Source: Candidatus Margulisiibacteriota bacterium (GTDB lineage Bacteria; Margulisbacteria; WOR-1; O2-12-FULL-45-9; XYB2-FULL-48-7). From it: 64,000 nt of DNA. Made by a program: the position numbers and the translations under genes. Position 1 is the first letter of the stretch, and the number at the start of each line of letters is the position of its first letter. The notes beneath the pieces were generated by a model. The model was given only the letters and a program-made list of their open reading frames with translations, was not told the origin of the DNA and did not search any database. The stretch spans positions 365,042-429,041 of the forward strand of contig JALOPZ010000001.1 in the NCBI GenBank assembly GCA_025453605.1, given 5' to 3'. Positions 45,908 through 55,265 of the stretch are shown here, piece after piece.

Positions 45908-47069
45908 CCAAGATCCTGTTGGCGATCTCCGACTTCGGTAATTTCGGCAGGTTTTCGACCTTGCCGGCCTGATTGATGATGCTGACGGTCGCCTGCTCGC
46001 TGCCGAACGTGTCCGGCCCGTTAGCCACGATCAAGTCTAAACCTTTGTTCTTCATTTTGAGTTTTGCATTTTGAATTAAGTCTTCCGTCTCCAGCGCAAA
46101 ACCGATCAGCTTCCGTCCCTTTTTTCCTTTTTGCTTAGCAACAGTCGCGATAATGTCGGCATTCTCTTCTAATTCCAGATCGATCTTCCCTGCATTCTTT
46201 TTGACTTTTGACTTTTGATTTTTGACTTTGAAGTCCCCCACCGCCGCCGCCATGATGATCGCGTCAGCCTTCCCCTGATTGTCCATTACAACCCCCAGCA
46301 TCTCAGCGGCAGACCCGACCTTAACCGGTTTAATATCCAACGGAGCCGGCCGGTCAACGTTAGCCGCGATCAAAGTGACGGTCGCCCCGCGGGCCCGGGC
46401 CGCTTCGGCGAGCGCGTAACCCATCTTGCCGGACGAATGATTAGCGATATATCTGACCGGATCGATCGCTTCCCTCGTCCCTCCCGCCGTAACCAGTATG
46501 TGCTTGCCTTTCAAATCATCCGAACCACCCAACCACCTAACCACCTCTTCAAGGATGGTTTCGGGCTCGGCCATCCGCCCGATATCGTCGTCGCCGCAAG
46601 CGAGCTTCCCTTCGACCGGGCCGACGAATTTAATTGCCTGGTCCTTTAACTTTTTGAGGTTTTCCTGGACGCCCCGGTTGCGCCACATTTCGCAGTTCAT
46701 CGCCGGCGCCAGCAGCTTGGGGGCGGTCGCAGCGAGCGCGATGGTCGTCAATGCATCGTCGGCCAGACCGTGCGCCATTTTACCGATGACGTTAGCGGTA
46801 CAGGGGGCGATAACGAGCAGGTCGGCTTTTTTGGCGAGGGTGATATGCGGGACCGGCAGACCGGCGATTTCTTCGGCAAACAGGTCGGTGATGACCGGGT
46901 TGCCGGACAAGGTGCGAAAAGTGAGCGGGCCGACCAGCTTGGTCGCCTCAGCCGTCATCACGACCCAAACGTCAGCTCCCAGGTTTTTAAGTCGGGAAAC
47001 CAGAGTCGCGGATTTGTAAGCGGCGATGCCGCCGGTCACACCAAGGATAACCGTTTTCCCTTTTAACAT
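45888..47069 (-). CDS. coaBC: Bifunctional phosphopantothenoylcysteine decarboxylase / phosphopantothenate-cysteine ligase
   Basis: The CoaC half starts LKGKTVILGVTGGIAAYK. The CoaB half starts KGKHILVTAGGTREAIDPVRYIANHSSGKMG. The track uses a GTG at 47078. I place the start at the ATG at 47067-47069. Confidence 0.9.
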   Translation of the reverse strand: MLKGKTVILGVTGGIAAYKSATLVSRLKNLGADVWVVMTAEATKLVGPLTFRTLSGNPVITDLFAEEIAGLPVPHITLAKKADLLVIAPCTANVIGKMAHGLADDALTTIALAATAPKLLAPAMNCEMWRNRGVQENLKKLKDQAIKFVGPVEGKLACGDDDIGRMAEPETILEEVVRWLGGSDDLKGKHILVTAGGTREAIDPVRYIANHSSGKMGYALAEAARARGATVTLIAANVDRPAPLDIKPVKVGSAAEMLGVVMDNQGKADAIIMAAAVGDFKVKNQKSKVKKNAGKIDLELEENADIIATVAKQKGKKGRKLIGFALETEDLIQNAKLKMKNKGLDLIVANGPDTFGSEQATVSIINQAGKVENLPKLPKSEIANRILDAVLRL

Positions 47070-47130
47070 CCCAACCACCTAACCACCTGGGTGTCCTGCG
47101 GGTTAACCAACCACCAGGGAGGGTTAATCC
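47070..47130. repeat. Cluster of palindromic motifs (CCAACCACCTAACCACC, CACCTGGGTG, GGTTAACC) in the rpoZ-coaBC spacer
   Basis: The first 19 nt duplicate 46528..46546 inside coaBC. The GGTTAACCAACCACC and TAACCACCTGGG motifs recur at 63215-63240 and 63700-63760. Confidence 0.6.
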
Positions 47131-47453
47131 TTAGCCTTCTTTTTCTTCTTCGGCGCCGGGGCGACGTCTTTCTTCCCCTTGGCCAACCGCTCCATCGCCG
47201 ACGGCGGGGCGTCATCGTCGTCCACGCTCAGGATCTCCTGGGCTTTTTTGGACGGACCGCTCAACACCTTGATCCTGATCTTATCGGCCGCGATCTCGCG
47301 CAGAGCGGTGATCACCGGATTGGTCGGGTCAAAGTTATCGATGTACGGCAGGGATCCCTCGGAAACCTGTTTGGCGCGGCCGGCCGCCGCGTTCACCAGC
47401 AGAAACTTGTTCTTCGCCTTGGACAATAAATTATCGATCGTTAGTTCTGTCAT
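47124..47453 (-). CDS. rpoZ: DNA-directed RNA polymerase subunit omega
   Basis: N-terminus LLSKAKNKFLLVNAAAGRAKQV matches RpoZ. Lys-rich tail. Confidence 0.85.
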   Translation of the reverse strand: MTELTIDNLLSKAKNKFLLVNAAAGRAKQVSEGSLPYIDNFDPTNPVITALREIAADKIRIKVLSGPSKKAQEILSVDDDDAPPSAMERLAKGKKDVAPAPKKKKKAKD

Positions 47454-47454
47454 G

Positions 47455-48066
47455 TTAGTTTAGTAGTGTCCTCTCCTTTTCGACATTGATTATCGCCTTG
47501 ATCTTATCGGCCGCCGACTCGACCTTGTCGTTGACCACGATGTAATCGTACTTTTCCATCACCTGCAGCTCAGCGATGGCTGCCCGCAGGCGGTAGTTGA
47601 CCAGCTCCTCGTCTTCGGTCTTTCTTTTTTTCAGCCGGAAGGCCAAAATATCGACCGAGGGCGGGATCAGAAAAACGAAGACGGTCGCCGCTTTCAGCTT
47701 CCCCTCTTCGGTTAACCGCTTGACCGAGGCCGCCCCCTGAACATCGACCTCCAGGATCACGGTCTGACCCTTGGTCAGCATATCATCGATGAAACTTTTC
47801 GGCGTGCCGTAATAGCAGCCGTGGACCTTGGCCCACTCCAGGAACTCGTGCTTCTTGACCTTATGGTCGAACTCTTCCTCGGTCACAAAGAAGTAGTGCT
47901 GGCCGTGGACCTCGCCGGGCCGCGGCGGCCGGGTCGTCGACGAGATCGACATCAAGAGATCAGGGTCCACCTTAAAGAGCCGGCGGACGACGGTCGATTT
48001 CCCCACTCCCGACGGCCCGGAGATCACGACCAGCAAGCCGCGCTTGCGCTTCGCTCTTTTCGGCAT
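47455..48066 (-). CDS. gmk: Guanylate kinase
   Basis: P-loop GPSGVGKST. Conserved gmk-rpoZ-coaBC order. Confidence 0.9.
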   Translation of the reverse strand: MPKRAKRKRGLLVVISGPSGVGKSTVVRRLFKVDPDLLMSISSTTRPPRPGEVHGQHYFFVTEEEFDHKVKKHEFLEWAKVHGCYYGTPKSFIDDMLTKGQTVILEVDVQGAASVKRLTEEGKLKAATVFVFLIPPSVDILAFRLKKRKTEDEELVNYRLRAAIAELQVMEKYDYIVVNDKVESAADKIKAIINVEKERTLLN

Positions 48067-48150
48067 GGATACGGTAATTTTAACACAGTCGGCTTGACAA
48101 ATCAACCGCCGGTGCTACAATTTCCCTACTTTTCACAAGGAGGAAAGCAC

Positions 48151-49242
48151 ATGAAGAAGTTTTTAGTCGCGCTCCTGTTCGTCTCCCTCTGCACCTCGTT
48201 CGTCTCCGCACAAATGTTGATCGGTGGCCGCGGAGCCGGCATGGGTGGCGCCGGGGTCGCCGCCAGTCACGGTCTTGACGCCGCTTACTACAACCCGGCC
48301 TGTCTGATGCGCAGCGACGTCAAAGCGACCGAACTCGACATCGCCCTGGGAGCCGGCTATTCCGATCTCAATAAGCTCTCCAGCGCCCTGAGCAATGTCT
48401 CCTCGCCCGCCAAATTCCTGCTTGATAATTACGCCACCAACCTCAGCTTCAGTGGCGATCTGGCCGGCCTGGTCGGCCTCAACATCCGCAAGGTCGGGAT
48501 CAGCGTGATCCCCCTGCTGCAGGCCAATGTTAACAAACCGGCCAACAGCCTGGGCGGCACCGTCACGGCTAACGGCATGTACAACGGCGTCCTGACCCTC
48601 GGCAACACCTTCTCCGTCCCCTTCCTGCCGGCGGCGCTTGACTTCGGGGCTAACCTGAAAGCGGTCAATGCCGCCCAGGGGAACGCCACTGTGTCCGCGG
48701 CGGTCGGCTCCACCACCGCAACCGGAACGCAGGTCTACGGCACCGGGACCGGCGTCGGCTGCGACCTTGGCGTACTGACCACTTTTGACGTGCCGTACGT
48801 CTCCAAACTGGCGGTCGGCGCCGTCATCCGCGACCTGGCCGAAAGCTATACCTTGAAGTCGAACACCCGCAGCGTCACCCTTAACCAACTGACCGGAGTG
48901 GTGACCGAAGGGCCGGAAACCGCTCTGCCCGATCAGACCGTGACCGTCGACAGCTCGACCGCGATCGGCGCCTACGCGACCATCCCGGTGGTCGGGCTCG
49001 GTGTCGCCGCGGACCTCGAAATGACCAAGACCGCCACCAACACCCACCTCGGTCTTGAGTATCCGCTGCTGCTTAACACGATCTACCTGCGGGCCGGTAT
49101 CGCTTCCGGACCGAACCTCGGTCTGACCACCTACGGCGCGGAAGTCGACCTGCGGGTGGTGAAGATCGCCCTGGTCGCCGCTTCGGACAGCAAGAACAGC
49201 GGCTTGACCCGCACCTACGCTGACATCAAGATCGGATTATAA
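48151..49242 (+). CDS. FadL/OmpP1/TodX-family outer membrane transport protein
   Basis: Signal peptide. N-terminal GRGAGMGGAGVAASHGLDAAYYNPACL resembles the FadL hatch-domain signature. Gly/Thr-rich beta-barrel body. RBS AAGGAGGAAAG. Confidence 0.6.
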   Translation: MKKFLVALLFVSLCTSFVSAQMLIGGRGAGMGGAGVAASHGLDAAYYNPACLMRSDVKATELDIALGAGYSDLNKLSSALSNVSSPAKFLLDNYATNLSFSGDLAGLVGLNIRKVGISVIPLLQANVNKPANSLGGTVTANGMYNGVLTLGNTFSVPFLPAALDFGANLKAVNAAQGNATVSAAVGSTTATGTQVYGTGTGVGCDLGVLTTFDVPYVSKLAVGAVIRDLAESYTLKSNTRSVTLNQLTGVVTEGPETALPDQTVTVDSSTAIGAYATIPVVGLGVAADLEMTKTATNTHLGLEYPLLLNTIYLRAGIASGPNLGLTTYGAEVDLRVVKIALVAASDSKNSGLTRTYADIKIGL

Positions 49243-49253
49243 GGAGATAAAAG

Positions 49254-50039
49254 ATGAAAAAATATCTGCTCGCCTCTTTACTGTTCGTCCTGGCGGTCGC
49301 GACCTTGACCGGTTGCGGTTCGTCCACTTCTTCGTCCAGCACGACGACCAGCGCGGTTCCGCCGGCGAGCATCGCCGGCTCGGTCGGCGTCGCTTCCAAG
49401 GACCTGCTGGCGATCGATAACAGCATTCTCGGCGTGGTCACCTCCGCCGGGATCAAAGCTGCCGCCGTTTCCGATCTCGCCTACTCCGGCGGCTGGTGGA
49501 GCGGGACCAACGATTACTCCTCTTCTTATGAGGGTGTTGTTTACGGCTATGTCTATACTTACAACTTCCGGGTCTGGGATGCCGGCGGCAACGAGCTGAC
49601 CACGCTCGCCTCTTTACGCGGGGTCGGTGATGATGCGGTGGCCGGGATCAGCCGGATCTGGACCTACACCACCCTCAATACCACCATCGGCAGCGCCAGC
49701 TATTCCTCGACCTACGGGAACAGCAAGGACGACCCGCTCAAGTTCGACGGGGTCGGGGCGTCCGGCTCAACGGTGACCGGAACGGTCAAGTTCGCCGGCA
49801 GCTATTCCACGACCAGTTACACCATGACCTTCACCTACTCCAGTCTGGGGATGACCGCCAGCGGTTATCCGAACGGTTCGATAACCTTTACCATGACCGA
49901 GGGCGGGGCGACTACCGCCACCGGCTCGATCACCTATAACGGGACCCGGTATTGCACGATCGCCATCACCACTGGGGGCACCAGCTACAGTTACACCTGT
50001 GACCTGACCGACGGGAGCGTCACGGCCGCGGCCCTTTAG
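49254..50039 (+). CDS. Ser/Thr/Gly/Tyr-rich lipoprotein (hypothetical)
   Basis: Lipobox LTGCGSS. Low-complexity S/T-rich mature region. RBS AAGGAG. Confidence 0.55.
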   Translation: MKKYLLASLLFVLAVATLTGCGSSTSSSSTTTSAVPPASIAGSVGVASKDLLAIDNSILGVVTSAGIKAAAVSDLAYSGGWWSGTNDYSSSYEGVVYGYVYTYNFRVWDAGGNELTTLASLRGVGDDAVAGISRIWTYTTLNTTIGSASYSSTYGNSKDDPLKFDGVGASGSTVTGTVKFAGSYSTTSYTMTFTYSSLGMTASGYPNGSITFTMTEGGATTATGSITYNGTRYCTIAITTGGTSYSYTCDLTDGSVTAAAL

Positions 50040-50060
50040 CCTGATTAGTTCTGCTTAACA

Positions 50061-50098
50061 AAGGCGGCCAGCCGCAAGGTTGGCCGCCTTGCTTTTTA
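50061..50098 (+). terminator. Rho-independent terminator hairpin
   Basis: AAGGCGGCCA-gccgcaaggt-TGGCCGCCTT stem-loop followed by GCTTTTTAT. Confidence 0.6.
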
Positions 50099-50123
50099 TC
50101 CGTCGATAAGCTATATTTTTGCC

Positions 50124-50480
50124 ATGTGGGAAACGGCGGGAACGCTGGCCAGCGCCGCTTTTGGCGGAGCGGTCTTTATCCATTATTTGCGCAACCTTAT
50201 CCTGAGAGAATCGCTCCCTCTCGCCTGGGATTGGGACGGACTGCTGGAACGGCCGGCGATCGCCTATATCGTGACCGCCCTCCCCGCCTATTGGTACCTG
50301 GTCCCGGTGATCGTCCTCATCAAACTGCTGGTCCGTTTGGTCGGAATATCTTCGATCAAGTGGCTTGGCCGGCGTCGGGAGCCGGGGGCCGCTTACCAAA
50401 AAGTGACGCTGAAAGCTGAGCTCGCTTTTGAGCTGATCGCCTCCCCCTTCTTTGCCATCCTGGTCGGGGTCATTTTCTAA
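50124..50480 (+). CDS. Small membrane protein (hypothetical, weak call)
   Basis: Two hydrophobic helices. Lies between a terminator and tamB. The competing antisense ORF 50055..50561 looks like a composition artefact. Confidence 0.3.
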   Translation: MWETAGTLASAAFGGAVFIHYLRNLILRESLPLAWDWDGLLERPAIAYIVTALPAYWYLVPVIVLIKLLVRLVGISSIKWLGRRREPGAAYQKVTLKAELAFELIASPFFAILVGVIF

Positions 50481-50481
50481 G

Positions 50482-53400
50482 ATGCGCCGTTTTCTTCCCT
50501 GCTTCTCCCTGCTCCTCCTTATTTTCCTCGTCACTCCTTGTGCCTGGGGCTTCTCGGTCAAAGAATGGAGCGCTTCGCTCTACAGTTCGGTCAGACAGGA
50601 GGCAGAAAAGAGCTTTTCCGCGCTGCTTGGCAAACCGGTCACGATCGAGCGGGCGGGCGGCGTGCTCGTCGGCCAGATCGACCTTTACGGGGTGACCTTC
50701 CCCGGGCTCGGGCGAGCGGAAAAAGTCATCCTGACCTATAATCCGCTGGAGTACGCGCTCAATAAGGGCGACATGGTCAAAGCCCTGACCAAGATCACGG
50801 TCGATCAGGCGACGGTGCGGATCGAACGCGACCGGCGCGGCCGCTGGAACGTCCTCTCGCTGCTGGCGCCGGACAGCAAGCAGGAGAGCGGGCCGCCGCC
50901 GTTCCGGGGTTGGCTGGTCCTGCAGGCCTGCCGCGTCGATTATAGCGACGAGATCGGTTTCCGGCCTAACGCCCCCCGCTTCGCCGTCCGGGCTGAGGAC
51001 GTCAACGGACGCGTCAACCTGCGCCGCCTGGACAAGATCACCTTCAGCCTGACCGGCGCGCTGCCGGAAAAGGTTATCGCCAGCGGCTCTTTTGATCAGC
51101 CGAGCGGGCGCTTTGATCTGCAGGTCACGGCGGAAAAACTGCCGGCCGACCCCTGGGTCAATTATACCGTGCCGTTGCCCGATCTGGTCGCGCGGCACGG
51201 TCAGGTTGATGTGCTGCTCCAATTAGCACCGGCTAAAACGCCGGGCTGGCCGGTCGCTCTGACCGGCAAATTCACTCTGCACGACGCGGCGGCCGGTTAT
51301 CAGCAGGTGTCCGCCTCCGGCATTAACGGCGAGCTCTTCTTAGTCGATGATAGCCTTAGCTTTCGCAACGTCAGAGGCCGGGTCAACGACCTGCAGGTTA
51401 CCGTCAACGGTCGCTTATTCGATTTTGCCGCTCTAAAACTTGACTCCCAGGTCATTGTTCATCAGGGAAAGATCTACGATCAAGCCGTGCGCGGCACGTT
51501 CGCCGCCAACCTCCGCAAAAATCTCCTGCAGTTGACCACTAGCGACCTCGGCCTCTACGGCGGCCGCGCGACGGTCCGGGCAGCGCTGGATCTAGCCGGC
51601 GCCCAGCCGCGGCTCGAATTGGACGGCAAATTTTCCGGCCTGAACCTGGCGCTTCTGGCCCGCTCGGCACCGGGCGTGGAAGGGACCGCGACCGGCACGC
51701 TGGATCTGCGCGGCCCGCTCAACGCGCTCCGGGGCCAGGTCAACGCCAAATTAAATAAGGGGTTGGTCCTCGGTCAACCGATGGACTCGCTCGACGCGAC
51801 GTTCCGCCTTAAAGACAACAACTTTCTGCTCGACCAGTGCGGCGCCCGGGGAGGGAACGCCCTCTTCATCGCCAACGGCGAATTGACCCGCGACTTCCGG
51901 TTCAAGCTGAATGCCGAAGCGGCGGGGCTGCGCCTGGCCGGCCGCGGCCCGGCCGGCCGGATGGGCGCCACGCTTAATTCTTTCCGCGGTTCGCTGGGCG
52001 GCCGGCTCGATCAGTTCTTTCTGGCCACCCCGCTCAAACACCTGACCGCCGACGGCCAGGTCGAACTGGTTGGCGGTTTTGTCGGAGAACAAACCTTTGA
52101 CCGCGCCGCCGGCAAGCTGAGCATCGGGGGCGGCCGGATCAGCATCAGCGACGCCGCGATCAGCAACGGCAGTTCTGCCGTGGCGGTCGACGGCGTGACC
52201 GGGATAGGCTGCCCGACCGACCTGAAGATCGCCGGCCCGCTGGTCGATCTGGAAGAACTGAAAATCCTTAATCTCTTCCTGCCCGAAGAGCTGCGCGACC
52301 CCATCGGCCTGGTCTCGTTCGAAGCGGCGCTGACCGGCGCTTTGTCGGCGGAGACAGAGCTGACGGCTCTTGATCCGCTCCTCGATCTGAACCTGGTCAG
52401 CCGCGTCACTCTCCGGGACGGACGGATCGCCGAGGTTCCGATCGATTACGCCGAGGCCTCATTCAGCTGGCAGGCGCGCGCGTTGACCGTAGCCGATACT
52501 TGCTTGTACCTGCCCGATTCGTCGCTCGAGCTCAACCTGACCCTCAGCCGGAACGGCCAGATCCGCGGCCTGCTGACCGGCGTGACCGATCTCGCCCTGC
52601 TGCAGCGCTTAACGACCAATTACGGCCGGCTGAGCGGGCTGGCCGGTTTCAGTTTGTTATTGACCGGCGAGGCAGCCGCCCCGGCAGGGAGCGCCGCTTT
52701 TTGGCTGCAGGAATTCTCCCTCAATGATCTGCATCTTGACCGGGTCGAAGGGAGCGTCGCCTGGCACAACGACCGACTGATCGTCCTGCGGCCGATCAGT
52801 CTGACGCTGGGCGCCGATCGCTATTCATTCACCGGCGACTTCTCCGCCGCCGGCCTGACGGTTGATTTCCGGGTGGTCCAGGCCGATCTCGGCTCCGCTT
52901 TCAACCTTTACCAGAAAGGCCAGGCGGAATTTTTCCGTCGCTTTTCTCCGCCGGCGCAGCACGGTCGCGCGGTCATCGACCTGGCCGGGTTTCAGCTCCC
53001 GCAGTTGTCAGCCTTCGCCGACAACGGCACCTTCAGGTTGTATCAGGGCGAGCAGCCGAAATATTTTCTCCAGCGTTTCGCCCAGGTTCGCAAGGACTTT
53101 GAAAGACAACTCGCCAAATCGCCAGCCGAGACGCTGGGCGGGACGCTGACCGGCGAGGTCAAATTGGCCGGCGTGCTCCCCCATTTGACCGGCGAAGTCC
53201 GGGCCGCGGTCGACCGGGGAGAGTTACGGGCCTATCGGTTTGATGACCTGCAATTCGTCGGGCGGCTCCAGCCGGGGAAATTCAAGATCGACCGGGCGGT
53301 GCTGCACAAGAACGGCGGCGAGCTGACCATCCGCGGCGACTATGATCTGGCTGACACCCTGTTCCTCCACCTGATCGCCAATAATCTGCCGGTCGACCTG

Positions 53401-55263
53401 CTGGAACTGATCTTCCCCGGCAAAAAATACCGGGGGAATTTCAACATGAACGCCGGGATCGACGGACCGATAAGCGCCCCGCGCTTTACGCTGGCGGCGG
53501 CCGGTCGGGGGATCTCTCTGGCGGGCGCCGATTTTGACGAAGTAACTATTTCCGCCACCAAGCGCGGTCCCTATTTTTACCTGCACGAGCTCTCTCTCCT
53601 GCAGGAGGGGCGGTTATCCAAAGCTTATGGTTCGGTCGCGCTGACGACCCCGGGGAAGATCGCGCTGGAGGCGGACCTGCAGGGGAATGCCCTGGGCCTG
53701 CTTAACCTGTTCACCGATCAGGTTGAATGGCGCCAGGGCGATTCGACCGTAAAACTGAAGATGACAGGCAGTTTGCTTGATCCGCAGATCAGCGGGCGGG
53801 CGACCGTCACTCAAGGGCGCCTTTTTGTCCGGGCGCTCGACTCCGAGCTCCATGATCTGCAGGGATCCGCCTCGATCGAAAGCAATCTGTTGTCCATCCA
53901 CAGCCTAACCGGGATCTGGCAAGGCAAAAGGACCAGGGAAGTGGCTAATCCGCTCGGTCTGGCCGGAACGATCGACCTGAGCCGGGCACTGAACGAAACC
54001 GGCGAGCTCGATCTTGATCTCCGGTTCAGCCCGACCCGGGTCTACGCCGCGTTTCCCAATCTGTACGTCGGGGCCCTCGGGATCGAGCGGCTCTCTCTGA
54101 CCGGGCCGCTCCGTTTTGACCTGAGCCAGGGGCCGCAACTAACAGGCAAACTGGCGGTCGCCGACGCGGTGATCACCTTGACCCAGGACGGCAGCGGCGG
54201 CCGCCCCTTCCCGCTCGACCTCGACCTAACCGTTGACCTGAACAAGAACGTCTATGCCGCTATGGGCGACGTGACGACCCTCAACCTGAGCAACATCCTG
54301 ATGAACCTGGAGATCGCCGGCACCGGCTTAAAGATCAGCGGCAGTCTGGCCCAACCGGTCATGCTCGGCCAGATCGACGTCAAGCGCGGGACGGTCAACA
54401 TTTTCAACCGCGAGTTCAATCTGCTCAATCTCGAACAGCAAAAACGTTATTATCCGTATGACGCTGATAAGGTCCAGGCCAACCGGGCGCTCTTTAAAGG
54501 CCGTGAGAGTGTGGCCGGGATCATGCCGGAACTGAATATCGCCGCCAGCGTGATCGTCGACAACACGACCAGGGACGCCGAAGGTAAATCGGTCAACAAG
54601 CCGATCAACATCGTCGCCAAACTGACCGGAACGATCGGCGCGCGGGAAGAATCCCAGGCCTTGAAGATCGGCCTGGCCGCTTTTAACGAGGATAAGACCA
54701 AATCACCGCCGGAAATGGTGCCGGTCAACTATAATGAGCAGGACCTCAAGGTCATGCTCCTCCCCGACTTCATTAAATCGCTCGCCGGGATCGGCCGGCC
54801 GGAGCAGGTCAACCAGGAAAAGAGCGACACCAACGCGATCGTCGCCGACTACCTGAGCAGCCGGGTCCAGTCGCTCCTCTTCCGCGGCCTGGAGCGCGAG
54901 GTCGAATCCAAGCTCGGCCTGGAAAGCCTAACGCTGGAATACAATTTCGGGCCCAGGTTCCGCGAGGCGATGGGGATCCGCGACATCAAGGGGTTCGAAA
55001 GCGAAAAGCCGGCCTGGAGCGTCGGCTTTGTTAAAGGCTTTTTCGACCGGCTGTACGTCGACGTCCGTTATTCCCAGGCGATGGAGCAGACCTCAAGCAG
55101 CGCCAGCGAGGGGAGCGCGGCCGCGACCAGCTTTAATTATCAGCTGACCTATAAATTAACTCCGATTTGGTCTATAATATATTATCGGGAGCCGTTAAGC
55201 ATGCAGCAGGTCTCGACCGGCTATTCCAAGCTCACGCTGAAAGCCGGTTTTTCTTTTTGGTAG
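50482..55263 (+). CDS. tamB: Translocation and assembly module protein TamB (AsmA-like / DUF490)
   Basis: 1590-aa protein with an N-terminal signal anchor MRRFLPCFSLLLLIFLV, an extended repetitive beta-rich body and a C-terminal DUF490-like region. Immediately upstream of an Omp85 gene. Confidence 0.7.
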   Translation: MRRFLPCFSLLLLIFLVTPCAWGFSVKEWSASLYSSVRQEAEKSFSALLGKPVTIERAGGVLVGQIDLYGVTFPGLGRAEKVILTYNPLEYALNKGDMVKALTKITVDQATVRIERDRRGRWNVLSLLAPDSKQESGPPPFRGWLVLQACRVDYSDEIGFRPNAPRFAVRAEDVNGRVNLRRLDKITFSLTGALPEKVIASGSFDQPSGRFDLQVTAEKLPADPWVNYTVPLPDLVARHGQVDVLLQLAPAKTPGWPVALTGKFTLHDAAAGYQQVSASGINGELFLVDDSLSFRNVRGRVNDLQVTVNGRLFDFAALKLDSQVIVHQGKIYDQAVRGTFAANLRKNLLQLTTSDLGLYGGRATVRAALDLAGAQPRLELDGKFSGLNLALLARSAPGVEGTATGTLDLRGPLNALRGQVNAKLNKGLVLGQPMDSLDATFRLKDNNFLLDQCGARGGNALFIANGELTRDFRFKLNAEAAGLRLAGRGPAGRMGATLNSFRGSLGGRLDQFFLATPLKHLTADGQVELVGGFVGEQTFDRAAGKLSIGGGRISISDAAISNGSSAVAVDGVTGIGCPTDLKIAGPLVDLEELKILNLFLPEELRDPIGLVSFEAALTGALSAETELTALDPLLDLNLVSRVTLRDGRIAEVPIDYAEASFSWQARALTVADTCLYLPDSSLELNLTLSRNGQIRGLLTGVTDLALLQRLTTNYGRLSGLAGFSLLLTGEAAAPAGSAAFWLQEFSLNDLHLDRVEGSVAWHNDRLIVLRPISLTLGADRYSFTGDFSAAGLTVDFRVVQADLGSAFNLYQKGQAEFFRRFSPPAQHGRAVIDLAGFQLPQLSAFADNGTFRLYQGEQPKYFLQRFAQVRKDFERQLAKSPAETLGGTLTGEVKLAGVLPHLTGEVRAAVDRGELRAYRFDDLQFVGRLQPGKFKIDRAVLHKNGGELTIRGDYDLADTLFLHLIANNLPVDLLELIFPGKKYRGNFNMNAGIDGPISAPRFTLAAAGRGISLAGADFDEVTISATKRGPYFYLHELSLLQEGRLSKAYGSVALTTPGKIALEADLQGNALGLLNLFTDQVEWRQGDSTVKLKMTGSLLDPQISGRATVTQGRLFVRALDSELHDLQGSASIESNLLSIHSLTGIWQGKRTREVANPLGLAGTIDLSRALNETGELDLDLRFSPTRVYAAFPNLYVGALGIERLSLTGPLRFDLSQGPQLTGKLAVADAVITLTQDGSGGRPFPLDLDLTVDLNKNVYAAMGDVTTLNLSNILMNLEIAGTGLKISGSLAQPVMLGQIDVKRGTVNIFNREFNLLNLEQQKRYYPYDADKVQANRALFKGRESVAGIMPELNIAASVIVDNTTRDAEGKSVNKPINIVAKLTGTIGAREESQALKIGLAAFNEDKTKSPPEMVPVNYNEQDLKVMLLPDFIKSLAGIGRPEQVNQEKSDTNAIVADYLSSRVQSLLFRGLEREVESKLGLESLTLEYNFGPRFREAMGIRDIKGFESEKPAWSVGFVKGFFDRLYVDVRYSQAMEQTSSSASEGSAAATSFNYQLTYKLTPIWSIIYYREPLSMQQVSTGYSKLTLKAGFSFW

Positions 55264-55265
55264 TC

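Noticed and set aside
50055-50561. 168-aa minus-strand ORF
   Set aside because: Overlaps a predicted terminator and the tamB start. Arg/Gly/Asp-rich with no hydrophobic core or motif. Probable artefact.
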